DNA of 64,000 bases, taken from the NCBI GenBank assembly GCA_963734495.1, contig CAVTHK010000001.1, positions 448,001-512,000 of the forward strand, written 5' to 3'. Below, piece by piece: positions 29,187 to 40,170 of the stretch; position 1 is the stretch's first letter, and every line of letters starts with the position of its first letter. Both the position numbers and the translations under genes were made by a program. The stretch comes from an uncultured Spirochaetota bacterium. Lineage in GTDB: Bacteria > Spirochaetota > Spirochaetia > SZUA-6 > CAVTHK01. A model generated the notes under the pieces. The model was not told where the DNA came from. It ran no database searches and worked only from the letters and a program-made list of their open reading frames with translations.

Positions 29187-30130
29187 GCAGCGACAGGGCG
29201 GCGGGCGGCGGTGGGCGCGCGAAGCGGATCGTCATCGGCACCAGGGCGAGCGCGCTGGCGAGGGCCCAGACCGAGCAGGTCGCGCGGGCGATCCGCGCGC
29301 TCCACCCGGAGGTCGATGTCGAGACGCTCCTCATCCAGACCCGGGGCGACCGCGAGTCCGCGAGCCCTCTCGCCGAGATCGGCGGCAAGGGGCTGTTCAC
29401 GGCGGAGCTCGAGCAGGCGCTGCGGGACGGGAGGATCGATCTCGCCGCGCACAGCCTCAAGGACCTGCCGACCAGCCTGCCGGACGGCCTCGCCATCGCG
29501 GCGGTGCTCCCGCGCGCGGACCCCCGCGACGTCGTGGTGAGCAGCGCCGGAAAGCTCGCCGACCTGCCCGCCGGCTCGACGGTCGGCACTTCCAGCCCGC
29601 GGAGGCGGGCGCAGCTGATCAGCGCCGCGCCCGGGCTGCGCGTCGTCGAGATCAGGGGCAACGTCGACACGAGAATTCGAAAGATGAAGGAAGGCGCCTG
29701 CACCGCGCTGGTGCTCGCGGCCGCCGGCCTCGTCCGCCTCGGGCTCGAGAGCCTGGTGACCGAGTACCTCGCGCCCGAGGTCATGGTGCCGGCGCCCGGG
29801 CAGGGCATCATCGCGATCGAGTCCCGCGATCGGGACCCGAAGCTCGCGCCGCTGTTCGCGGCGATCAATCACGCGCCCACCTGGGCCGCGGCCCGCGCGG
29901 AGCGGGCGTTCCTGCGGCGCATCGGCGGCGGGTGCCGCGCGCCGGCCGGCTGCCTCGCATCGATCGAAGGCGGCCGCGCGCGCGTGACCGGCCTGCTCGC
30001 CGACCCGGACGGCCGGCGCATCGTGCGGGAGACGCTCGCGTGCGACGAGGCCGACGTCGAGCGCACCGCGGAGCGGCTCGCCGAGCTCCTGCTGGACAGG
30101 GGGGGCCGCGAGATCGTGGAGAGCCTGTGA
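29183..30130 (+). CDS. hemC: Hydroxymethylbilane synthase
   Basis: GTRASALA, GKGLFT, HSLKDLP, GTSSPRR, RGNVDTR, GGGC. Confidence 0.96.
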   Translation: MSSDRAAGGGGRAKRIVIGTRASALARAQTEQVARAIRALHPEVDVETLLIQTRGDRESASPLAEIGGKGLFTAELEQALRDGRIDLAAHSLKDLPTSLPDGLAIAAVLPRADPRDVVVSSAGKLADLPAGSTVGTSSPRRRAQLISAAPGLRVVEIRGNVDTRIRKMKEGACTALVLAAAGLVRLGLESLVTEYLAPEVMVPAPGQGIIAIESRDRDPKLAPLFAAINHAPTWAAARAERAFLRRIGGGCRAPAGCLASIEGGRARVTGLLADPDGRRIVRETLACDEADVERTAERLAELLLDRGGREIVESL

Positions 30131-30911
30131 GCGCGCCCCTCTGCGGCGCGCGCGTGCTCGTGACGCGCGAGCGCGAGCGGGCGAGCGGCCTCGCCGCGGC
30201 GCTGCGGGCGCACGGGGCCGAAGCGGTCGAGCTGCCGTGCGTCGAGATCGCCGCGGTCGAGGATCCGCGCGAGCTCGAGGCGCTCGACCGGGCGCTCGCG
30301 TCGTGGGCGAGCTTCGGCTGGGCGATCTTCACCTCGGTGCACGCGGTCGACGCCGTCGCCGCGAGGCTCGCCGCGCTCGGGCGCGCGGCCGGCGGGCCGC
30401 GGGTCGCGGCGGTCGGGGCCGTGACGGCGGCGAGGCTCGCCGCGGCGGGCTTCGGCGTGGAGCTGCAGCCGCCGCGCGCGGACGCGGCCTCGCTCGCGCA
30501 GGCCCTCGCCGCTCTCGGCGTCGCGGGCGAGCGCGTGCTCGTGCCCGCGTCGGAGCTGGCCGATGGGGCCCTGAGCGAGGCGCTCGAGGCGGCCGGGGCG
30601 TCCGTGACTGAGGTGCGCGCGTATCGCAACCGCCGTCCCCGCTACGACGCCGGCGAAGTCGCCCGCCTGCTCGAGCCCGCCCCCGACGTCGTGCTCTTTG
30701 CCAGCCCGTCCGCCGCCGATCACCTGGTCGAGATCCTGCGCGAGGCGGGCCTCGAAGGCCTTGCGTCCGCGCTCCGCGCGGTCACGATCGGCCCGCGGAC
30801 CACGGAGACGGTCCGGCGGCTCGGCATCGAGGTCGCCGCCGAGGCGTGGGAAGCTTCGGCAGCGGGGCTCGTGGCCGCGACCGTCGAATACTGGCAGCGC
30901 AACGGAGGCGG

Positions 30912-30915
<4 letters not shown>
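30127..30915 (+). CDS. hemD: Uroporphyrinogen-III synthase
   Basis: [31 protein letters not shown]. Confidence 0.92.
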
Positions 30916-33179
<2,264 letters not shown>

Positions 33180-33195
33180 GTCGGCCGCGGCGCTT

Positions 33196-33960
33196 CTACG
33201 GATCGAAGGGCAGGCCTTGCGGCCAGACGTCCTCCGGCTCGTAGCCGATCGTCTCGCGCGCGGGAGCGAGGTCGAGCCGCTCCATCCTGGCCGGCCGGCT
33301 CGTAGCGAACAGGATCACGGACCGGCCGGGTTCCGGCGCCTGCGACTCGACGCAGCGCTCGAAGAAACGGGCCGCGTCGTCGTGGCTGAGAAAGATGTCC
33401 CGCCCGTGCGGGGACGCCACGAGCGCGGCCGCTTCGCGCTGGTTTCGGGGCAGCCAGCCGATGCGGACGCTGATGACCGAAAGGCCGTGGACGCGGGCGT
33501 ACATTTCGCCCATCTGCTCGGCCCAGACCTTGGCCAGCGCGTAGTGGTTGACGGGGGCCGGGCCGTCCTCGACCCGCACGAGGCCTCCTCGGTGGAGGTG
33601 CGCCGTCACGGCCTGGACGCTGCTGGCCAGGACGAGCCGCCGCACGCCGGACTCCCGCGCGGCGTCGCAGATGTGGAAGAGCCCGCGCACGTTCGGCTCG
33701 AGCAGCACGCCGATGAAATCGGCGTCGTTGGGGTACGCCCCGAGGTGGATGACCGTGTCCATCCCCTCGACGGCCGCCCGCACCTTGTCGCGGTCGCTCA
33801 GGTCGCCCGCGATGTGATCCGGAACGCCGGGTGTGGGCCGGCGGGCGAAGCCGCGCACGTGATGCCCGCGGGCGATGAGGCGCTGGCAGACCGGCTGTCC
33901 GATCGCGCCGGTCGAGCCGGTCACCAGCACGCGCCTGGGCACGCCCGCCGGCTGGATCAT
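33196..33960 (-). CDS. NAD-dependent epimerase/dehydrogenase (uronate dehydrogenase-like)
   Basis: VTGSTGAIG, IHLGA, LASS, HYALAK, VRIGW, FLSHDD. Confidence 0.85.
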   Translation of the reverse strand: MIQPAGVPRRVLVTGSTGAIGQPVCQRLIARGHHVRGFARRPTPGVPDHIAGDLSDRDKVRAAVEGMDTVIHLGAYPNDADFIGVLLEPNVRGLFHICDAARESGVRRLVLASSVQAVTAHLHRGGLVRVEDGPAPVNHYALAKVWAEQMGEMYARVHGLSVISVRIGWLPRNQREAAALVASPHGRDIFLSHDDAARFFERCVESQAPEPGRSVILFATSRPARMERLDLAPARETIGYEPEDVWPQGLPFDP

Positions 33961-33985
33961 CACCCGCTGCCGGCCCGCTGCCGCG

Positions 33986-34435
33986 TCAGGGGAGCCCGTA
34001 GACCGTGATCGTGGCGCGGCCGCGCCCCCGTTCGTCGTTGCCGCGCCCGCGTTCCCGGTCGGGCCGGCCCCGGTCGTCCTCGATCGGCCGGTAGAACATG
34101 CGCACTTCGCGCACGTCGCCGTCCCTGCGGACATTGAGGTCGCGGGAATGCACGTCGCCGCTGAACCGCCAGCGTACGTTGACGGTCTCCTGCGCGCCGC
34201 TGCGGTAGACCAGGACGACCCGGTAGACCTCGATCGGGTACGCCGCGGCCACGAACCGCAGGCCGCGGTAGCGCGCGGTCGTCTGCGGGACCACGATCAC
34301 CCGGGAGTCGTCGCTCGCGACGACCTCGCCGGAAAAGATCAGGGCGCCGCCCCCGCCGCTCACCTCGGGGCCGAGGATCAGGCAGCCGGCCAGCGCCGCG
34401 GCGAGCACCGAAGCTATCAGCAGCCATCTCACCAT
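33986..34435 (-). CDS. Hypothetical lipoprotein (DUF2541/YaaI-like beta domain)
   Basis: GAGGAG RBS; lipobox LAGC; alternating beta-strand pattern; charged RG-rich insert. Confidence 0.6.
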   Translation of the reverse strand: MVRWLLIASVLAAALAGCLILGPEVSGGGGALIFSGEVVASDDSRVIVVPQTTARYRGLRFVAAAYPIEVYRVVLVYRSGAQETVNVRWRFSGDVHSRDLNVRRDGDVREVRMFYRPIEDDRGRPDRERGRGNDERGRGRATITVYGLP

Positions 34436-34464
34436 GGCATCATCTCCTCGACGAAGAATACGTC

Positions 34465-34626
34465 TCAGTACTGGACTGTATCCCGTTTCATCATGCGCCG
34501 CAGGCCGAGGGTGAGCCCCATGCAGAGCACGAAGATCACGACCGCGACGACCGCGCCGTCGCCGGCGAACACCGTGAGCGATACGAACAGCAGCAGGGCG
34601 ATCGCGAAGGAAGCCCTTGCTCGCAT
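34465..34626 (-). CDS. Small membrane protein (53 aa), absent from the ORF track
   Basis: GAGAGGTG RBS; MRARASFAIALLLFVSLTVFAGDGAVVAVVIFVLCMGLTLGLRRMMKRDTVQY; two hydrophobic segments. Confidence 0.6.
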   Translation of the reverse strand: MRARASFAIALLLFVSLTVFAGDGAVVAVVIFVLCMGLTLGLRRMMKRDTVQY

Positions 34627-34906
34627 AGAACACCTCTCGAGTCACGAGTGCGCGCCCGTCGGCGGGGCGCGTTGCCCGGGCGCGGCCCCAGCGCCCGGGC
34701 CGACCGAAGCGCCCGGACGACTCACCTGTCGCAGGGCCGACAGGCTCCTGGCACAAAGGTAATGTCGCGGGTTCGGGGTCGACCACGCGGGAGTGCCCGC
34801 GGCCCGGGCGCGGCGGTATCAGCGTCGGCGCGTTTACCGCGGAACCTGATCTGCTGGCCGGGCGCGGCGGGTGTCGGTATGTTTGCGCACGTCATGAGGC
34901 GGCGAC

Positions 34907-35158
34907 ATGCCCAACACGTTGCTCAAGGACGCAGGCTTCGCCCGGCTGAAGTCTGCGCCGCATGGCGCGGTGATAGCGCCGGAGGACCCGGAGTACTACG
35001 AGGCCCGCAGGGTGTGGAACGGGATGGTCGACCGGCGCCCGGTGCTGACCGTGAGGTGCGCGGGCTCGTCGGATGTGGTGTCAGCGGTGCGGTACGCCCG
35101 CGAGCACGACCTGCTCGTTTCGGTCCGCGGCGGGGGTCACCACGTGGCGGGGCGGGGA
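34907..35158 (+). pseudogene. Truncated FAD-binding (BBE/VAO-family) oxidoreductase N-terminus
   Basis: YEARRVWNGMVDRRP...DVVSAV..AREHDL.VSVRGGGHHVAG, after which similarity stops at ~84 codons. Confidence 0.8.
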
Positions 35159-35204
35159 TCAGGCCGGAGGCGTAACCAAGACAGGTGCGAGAGAGGAGCT
35201 GTCC

Positions 35205-35633
35205 ATGAAAAAGCCCGTCCCGGTGGAATCCGCCGCTGCACTCATCGAGGGGAAGATCAAGGAACTTGGGGACTGGCGCGGGAAGATGCTCGCGAAAGTG
35301 CGCGAAATCATACACGAGGCAGACCCTGAGATCGTCGAAGAGTGGAAGTGGATGGGGACTCCCGTCTGGTCCCACGGCGGCCTCGTCTGCACGGGAGAGA
35401 CGTACAAGAACGTCGTCAAGATGACATTTTCCAGGGGAGCTGCGTTGAAGGACCCTTCAGGTCTATTCAACTCCAGCCTCGACGGGAATGCCAGGCGCGC
35501 CATCGACATCCACGAAGGCGACAAGGTCGATGAGGCGGCCTTGAAGGATCTCATCCGCGCTGCAGTGGCGCTCAATCTCAAGGGCAAGAGCAAGCCGAAG
35601 CCCCGGCGAGCGAGCAGCAAGCGGGGCGACTAG
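35205..35633 (+). CDS. DUF1801 (YdhG-like) protein
   Basis: LGDWRG, IVEEWKWMGTPVW, TGETYK, GAALKDP, RRAIDI; GAGGAG RBS. Confidence 0.88.
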   Translation: MKKPVPVESAAALIEGKIKELGDWRGKMLAKVREIIHEADPEIVEEWKWMGTPVWSHGGLVCTGETYKNVVKMTFSRGAALKDPSGLFNSSLDGNARRAIDIHEGDKVDEAALKDLIRAAVALNLKGKSKPKPRRASSKRGD

Positions 35634-35785
35634 CTTCATCGCGGGTCCCGGCCATATCTCCTCCCATAGGGGAAGAGCTTCGGCGCCTGCCTCCCGTCCG
35701 CCGCCGCGTTACCGATGAGGCGGGATTTGACTCGAGGCGGCGGGCGTGCGGTCCCGAGCGCCCGGTCCCGAGCGCCGGCTCCCCG

Positions 35786-35995
35786 CTATTTCTTCTTGCC
35801 CGAGGGGCGCAGCTTCGCCATGATCTGCTCCACCGCGTCGTTCTTGCCGCCGCCTACCTTCTCGATAAAGGTGGCCATCGCCTCGATCATGCCGTCGTTG
35901 ACGGTCACGTTCTTCATCGCGCAGAAGCCCTTGAATATGCTGTGCAGCTGGACGGGGATGTCCTTGACCAGCAGATCCATCTTTTCCGCCGCCAT
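35786..35995 (-). CDS. Small ribbon-helix-helix-like DNA-binding protein (putative)
   Basis: AGGAGG RBS; beta strand LLVKDIP followed by helix (QLHSIFKGFCAMK) and helix (TVNDGMIEAMATFI); basic tail. Confidence 0.6.
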   Translation of the reverse strand: MAAEKMDLLVKDIPVQLHSIFKGFCAMKNVTVNDGMIEAMATFIEKVGGGKNDAVEQIMAKLRPSGKKK

Positions 35996-36008
35996 GCGTC
36001 CCTCCTAT

Positions 36009-36117
36009 GACTTGGCGTCTTCGCCAAGTCCCAAGTCCCGAGTCATCGAGGGGCCCTCCGTGGCGTCCTCGCCAAGTCCCAAGCCTCAAGTCTCCGAGGG
36101 GCCCGGTGCTCCAAGTG
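36009..36117. repeat. Heptad (CCAAGTC) array forming a 44-bp direct repeat with 48-bp period
   Basis: Units at 36013-36056 and 36061-36104; heptads at 36024, 36031, 36038, 36072, 36079, 36086, 36111; inverted copy at 36009. Confidence 0.9.
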
Positions 36118-36126
36118 TCACGCCGG

Positions 36127-36135
36127 ATTTTACCA
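36127..36135 (-). promoter_or_regulatory. Extended -10 promoter for the RHH-like gene
   Basis: Minus strand TG-G-TAAAAT just upstream of the heptad array. Confidence 0.55.
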
Positions 36136-36196
36136 CCGGCAGCCTCGATTCACCGCGACGGCGCGCGGCGTCTGACAGCGCGCCGCGCGCCGCGTC

Positions 36197-37738
36197 CTAC
36201 CACGCCCCTCCCCTCACGGCGATCGCCCGCACCGCCTCGATGGTGTCCGCCTCCCCGGCGCGCTTGTCAGGCCGGTAACGCTTGACCCGCGCGAAGCGAA
36301 GCGCCACGCCGCCCGCATAGTGCGGGCTCGCCTGCACGCCGTCAAAGGAGACCTCGACCACGAGCTCCGGCCGAACGAATACCACGTGCCCTTCCTCCGC
36401 GACCTTGAGCTCCATGAGCCGCCGGGTCTGCCACTCGAGCATCTCATCGGTCATGCCCTTGTAGGTCTTCCCGAGCATGACCGTCCCGCCCGTCGCGGGA
36501 TCGCGCGCTCCCAGGTGAATGTTGCTGAGCAGACCGCGCCGCCGCCCGCTCCCCCACTCGACCGCCAGCACGATCAGGTCGAGGGTGTGATGCGGCTTGA
36601 GCTTGAGCCACCCCTCGCCGCGCCTGCCCGCCTCGTAGAGGGCGTCGAGCGACTTGGCCATCACGCCCTCGTGCCCCGCGGCGACCGCGCGCGAGAGGAA
36701 CGCCTCCGCCTCGTCCGCGGAGGCGGTGACCAGGCGCGGGATGACTGCCGGGGCCGGGGCTGCCTCCGCCAGCGCCTCGAAGCGCTCGCGGGCGGGCCGG
36801 TCGATCAGGTCGCGACCCTCCAGATGAAGACAATCGAAAAAGAAGGCGGACAGCGGCAGTTCCCTCCGCAGCGCCTCGACGTCGCTCCTGCGGCCGAAGC
36901 GCCGCATGCTCACCTGGAACGGAGCCGGCCTCCCGTCGCGCCCGATCACGAGGACCTCGCCGTCGAGCACGAGGCTCGAGGCCGGGTAGGCCCGCACAGC
37001 CTCGACGAGCTCGGGCACGGCCGCGCTCACCTCGTTGAGGTTGCGGGTAAAGACCCGCACCTCGTCCCCGAGCCTGTGCACCTGGACCCTCGCGCCGTCG
37101 AGCTTGTGCTCAAAGGCGGCGCGCTCGAAGCCCGCCAGCGCCTCTTCGGCGCTCGCGGCGCTCTGCGCCAGCATCGGCTGCAGCGGCGAGAGCACCCGCA
37201 GCCGGAACTCGGCCAGCGCCGCCTCGCCGCGCGCGAGCACCGCGGCCGCCACGAGCCGCGCGCGGCCCGCGAGCATGCAGGCGCGGCGGACGGAGTCGGC
37301 GGGAAGCGCCGCGGCGCGGGCCAGGGCCTCGACCATCACGCCCTCCTGCGCGCCCTGCCGGAGCCCGCCAAGCAGCAGGCGCAGCAGGAAATCCTGCTCC
37401 TCCGCGGTCGCCCGCTCGAGCAGCGCGCGCAGGTCGGTCCGGCGGCGCTCCTGCGCCCCCTTGCCGCCGATGGCGGCCATGCGCTCGAGCGCGTCATTCA
37501 CCTCGGTCACGGTGAGCGCGGCGTCGGCTGCCGCGGAGGCGGGCTTCGCATCGAGCGCCGTCGCGTAGCCGAGGCCGATGCGGCCCTGCGCGGTCTCGCC
37601 GGAGAGCCACGCGAAGCCCGGCTCGATTTCGCGTCCGCGCAGGCGGCGGAGCAAGTCGGCGAGCAGCCGGATCTTGCCCAGGCGCGAAGGCTCGGCGGCC
37701 ACGAGCCGCGAGGTCTCGACTATGTCGCGAATCCGCAT
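36197..37738 (-). CDS. ATP-dependent DNA ligase (LigB-like)
   Basis: PMLA, EHKLDGAR (motif I), LDGE, FFDCL, EGVMAK, WLKLK, LRFARV. Confidence 0.94.
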   Translation of the reverse strand: MRIRDIVETSRLVAAEPSRLGKIRLLADLLRRLRGREIEPGFAWLSGETAQGRIGLGYATALDAKPASAAADAALTVTEVNDALERMAAIGGKGAQERRRTDLRALLERATAEEQDFLLRLLLGGLRQGAQEGVMVEALARAAALPADSVRRACMLAGRARLVAAAVLARGEAALAEFRLRVLSPLQPMLAQSAASAEEALAGFERAAFEHKLDGARVQVHRLGDEVRVFTRNLNEVSAAVPELVEAVRAYPASSLVLDGEVLVIGRDGRPAPFQVSMRRFGRRSDVEALRRELPLSAFFFDCLHLEGRDLIDRPARERFEALAEAAPAPAVIPRLVTASADEAEAFLSRAVAAGHEGVMAKSLDALYEAGRRGEGWLKLKPHHTLDLIVLAVEWGSGRRRGLLSNIHLGARDPATGGTVMLGKTYKGMTDEMLEWQTRRLMELKVAEEGHVVFVRPELVVEVSFDGVQASPHYAGGVALRFARVKRYRPDKRAGEADTIEAVRAIAVRGGAW

Positions 37739-37930
37739 CGCGTGATCCCTGCGTCCAGTATAAGTCGGGAGCGGGCTCCGCAGCAGGTGGATGCCGAAGG
37801 CGGCTGTCGCTATCCTCGGCGGGAGCCGCGCGCCGCCGCGGTCCGCCACCCGACAGCGGAGCGCAATCAATGGCGGGCCGCGACGCGACGATTCCGGTAA
37901 GATCGGGGTCAGGACGAAGGAGGGAGCCCC

Positions 37931-38824
37931 ATCAACTGGCAGGAGCGGATGGAAGCCGCCGTCGAGTACCTCGAGGGAAGCCTGGAAGGGGAGATCGAAT
38001 CCGGCAGGGCCGCGGCCGAGGCCAACTGCTCGACCTTCCATTTCCTGAGGATGTTCGAGGTGGTCACCGGGGTGACGGTCGGCGAGTACGTGAGGCGCCG
38101 GCGTCTCAGCCGCGCCGCCCTGGAGCTCTGCGCGGGCGAAGCGCGCGTGACCGAGCTGGCGCTCCGCCTGGGGTACGAGTCGCCCGATGCGTTCACCCGA
38201 GCCTTCAAGCGCGAGTTCGGCGTGACGCCGAGCGAGGCGCGGAAGGAAGGCGTGCACCTGCGGATGTGGCCGAGGCTGTCCTTTTCCGTCGTCCTCAAGG
38301 GAGATGCAGCCATGGAGTTCAGGATCGAGCGGCGCGGCGAGATGGTCCTTGCGGGCCTCGCGTTCCGCGCGAGCACGGACGGCGGAGCGAATCTCCGCGA
38401 GATCCCCGCGTTCTGGGAGGAGTGCCACCGGAAGGGGCACGTGGAAGCCCTCGGCCGCGCGATGAACAGAGACAGCACGATGGCCATCATGGGCGTGTGC
38501 GTGAACGATTACGACGAGGCGACCAGGTCATTCACGTACCTCGTCGGGATCGAGCGGCCGAGGGAAGCGAGGGCGCGCAAGGCGCTGCCGCCGGGGTGCC
38601 GGGAGATCCCGGTGGCCGCGGGGACCTGGGCCGTGTTCCCGTCGCGCGGGCCGCTGCCTGGCGCGATCCAGGAGGTCTGGAAGCGCATCTACTCGGAGTG
38701 GTTCCCGACGTCGGGCTACGAGCACGCGGACAGGCCGGACCTGGAGGTGTACCCGACGGGCAACACGTCGGCGGCGGATTACATCTGCGAGGTCTGGCTC
38801 CCGGTAAGGAAGGCGGGGACCTGA
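37931..38824 (+). CDS. AraC-family regulator with GyrI-like effector domain; probable ATC start (first ATG at 37949)
   Basis: GYESPDAFTRAFKREFGVTPS; C-terminal IYSEWFP..Y, EVWLPV; AAGGAGGG RBS precedes ATC AAC TGG. Confidence 0.9.
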   Translation: MNWQERMEAAVEYLEGSLEGEIESGRAAAEANCSTFHFLRMFEVVTGVTVGEYVRRRRLSRAALELCAGEARVTELALRLGYESPDAFTRAFKREFGVTPSEARKEGVHLRMWPRLSFSVVLKGDAAMEFRIERRGEMVLAGLAFRASTDGGANLREIPAFWEECHRKGHVEALGRAMNRDSTMAIMGVCVNDYDEATRSFTYLVGIERPREARARKALPPGCREIPVAAGTWAVFPSRGPLPGAIQEVWKRIYSEWFPTSGYEHADRPDLEVYPTGNTSAADYICEVWLPVRKAGT

Positions 38825-38932
38825 GGCCGCCCGCTCGCTCGGTCCGTCCTTTTCTGGTACTATCGATCCGTCGCCGGGCAGATCCCCACGGTGCGCCTGC
38901 CGGCCTGCCCGGGGCAAAAAGGAGGGCGTGAC

Positions 38933-40102
38933 ATGCGCTTGAGGAAGCTCGGTGCGTTCGCAGTCGGCCTGGCGTTCCTGGCCTGCGGGTGGACGGTCTT
39001 CGGGACCGGCACCACGGAAAAGGTGGTCAAGATCGCGTTCATCGGCCCGCTCACGGGACCGAACGCGGCGGTCGGCATCGGCGCGAAGAACTCGTTCGAG
39101 CTCAAGGTCAACGAAGTCACCGGGAAGGGCGACTTCCCCTACAAGGTCCAGGTGGTCTACGAGGACGACGCTTCGGACCCGGCCACGGGTGTGGCCGCGG
39201 CCAACAAGGTCTGCTCGGACCCGGACGTGGTCGCTGCAGGCACGCACTGGAACAGCCCGGTGGGGCTCGCGACCGTTCACGTGTTCCACAAATTCGGCGT
39301 GGCCCAGGTGCTCTGGGGCACGATCCACCCCGATATCACTTACAAGAACAACTACCCCGAGGTCACCCGGGTGATCCCCATGAGCGTCATGCAGAACGAG
39401 CGCGCCGCAGAGCTCAGCGTCAAGGAGTTCGGCAGGAAGCGCTGGGTCATCATCCACGACACGACCGACTACGGCACCAAGAACCGGGACGAGATGGCCG
39501 CCGCGCTCAAGAAGCGGGGCGCCGACATCGTCGGCACCTTCGGGGTCACGGTCGGGCAGCAGGACTACATGGGGATCCTCACCAAGGTAAAGGACCTGGC
39601 TCCCGAGGCGATCTACTACGGGGGTGTCGTCACCGAGAGCGCCCTGATCCGCACCCAGGCGGCCAAGGTCGGCCTCAGCAGGATCCTCTACATCGGCATG
39701 GCGGGCATGCAGTCCGACACCTTCGGCAAGATCGCGGGCGCGGTCGCCGAGGGCAGCTTCTGCTCGAGCACCTTCGACATCTCCGCCTCCGCCGTCGGGC
39801 AGGCGTTCGAGAAGTCCTACTACGCGAAGTACAAGGAGCCGTACGAGCAGAACGGCGCCTACTCCTACGATGCGGCGGGCGTGATCCTGCAGGCGATCAA
39901 GGCCGTCGGACCCGACCGGGGCAAGGTCGTGGAGTACATCCGCAGCCACGACTACACGGGCGTGCTCGGCCTCACGCACTTCGATGACCACGGGCAGAGC
40001 GTGACCGGCGGGCTCACGATGTACGTCAACCAGGACGGCAAGTGGGTCAATTGGGAGGACTCCGAGTTCAAGAGCGGCAAGCGCAAGCTGCCCTGGCAGT
40101 AG
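38933..40102 (+). CDS. livK: Branched-chain amino acid ABC substrate-binding protein
   Basis: KIAFIGPLTG, EDDASDP, DTTDYG, YSYDA, GVLG..FD. Confidence 0.9.
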   Translation: MRLRKLGAFAVGLAFLACGWTVFGTGTTEKVVKIAFIGPLTGPNAAVGIGAKNSFELKVNEVTGKGDFPYKVQVVYEDDASDPATGVAAANKVCSDPDVVAAGTHWNSPVGLATVHVFHKFGVAQVLWGTIHPDITYKNNYPEVTRVIPMSVMQNERAAELSVKEFGRKRWVIIHDTTDYGTKNRDEMAAALKKRGADIVGTFGVTVGQQDYMGILTKVKDLAPEAIYYGGVVTESALIRTQAAKVGLSRILYIGMAGMQSDTFGKIAGAVAEGSFCSSTFDISASAVGQAFEKSYYAKYKEPYEQNGAYSYDAAGVILQAIKAVGPDRGKVVEYIRSHDYTGVLGLTHFDDHGQSVTGGLTMYVNQDGKWVNWEDSEFKSGKRKLPWQ

Positions 40103-40110
40103 CAGCACGA

Positions 40111-40140
40111 GCGCCGGCCGCCTCACGGGGCGGCCGGCGC
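40111..40140 (+). terminator. 12-bp stem-loop between livK and livH
   Basis: GCGCCGGCCGCC-tcacgg-GGCGGCCGGCGC. Confidence 0.55.
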
Positions 40141-40170
40141 GGTTCGATGCGCTGACGCCTGCCCCCCACC

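Noticed and set aside
36013-36104. Mini CRISPR array or type III toxin-antitoxin repeat
   Set aside because: Only two units with a 4-nt gap and no unique spacers or cas genes; the downstream protein is far too short for ToxN/CptN/TenpN
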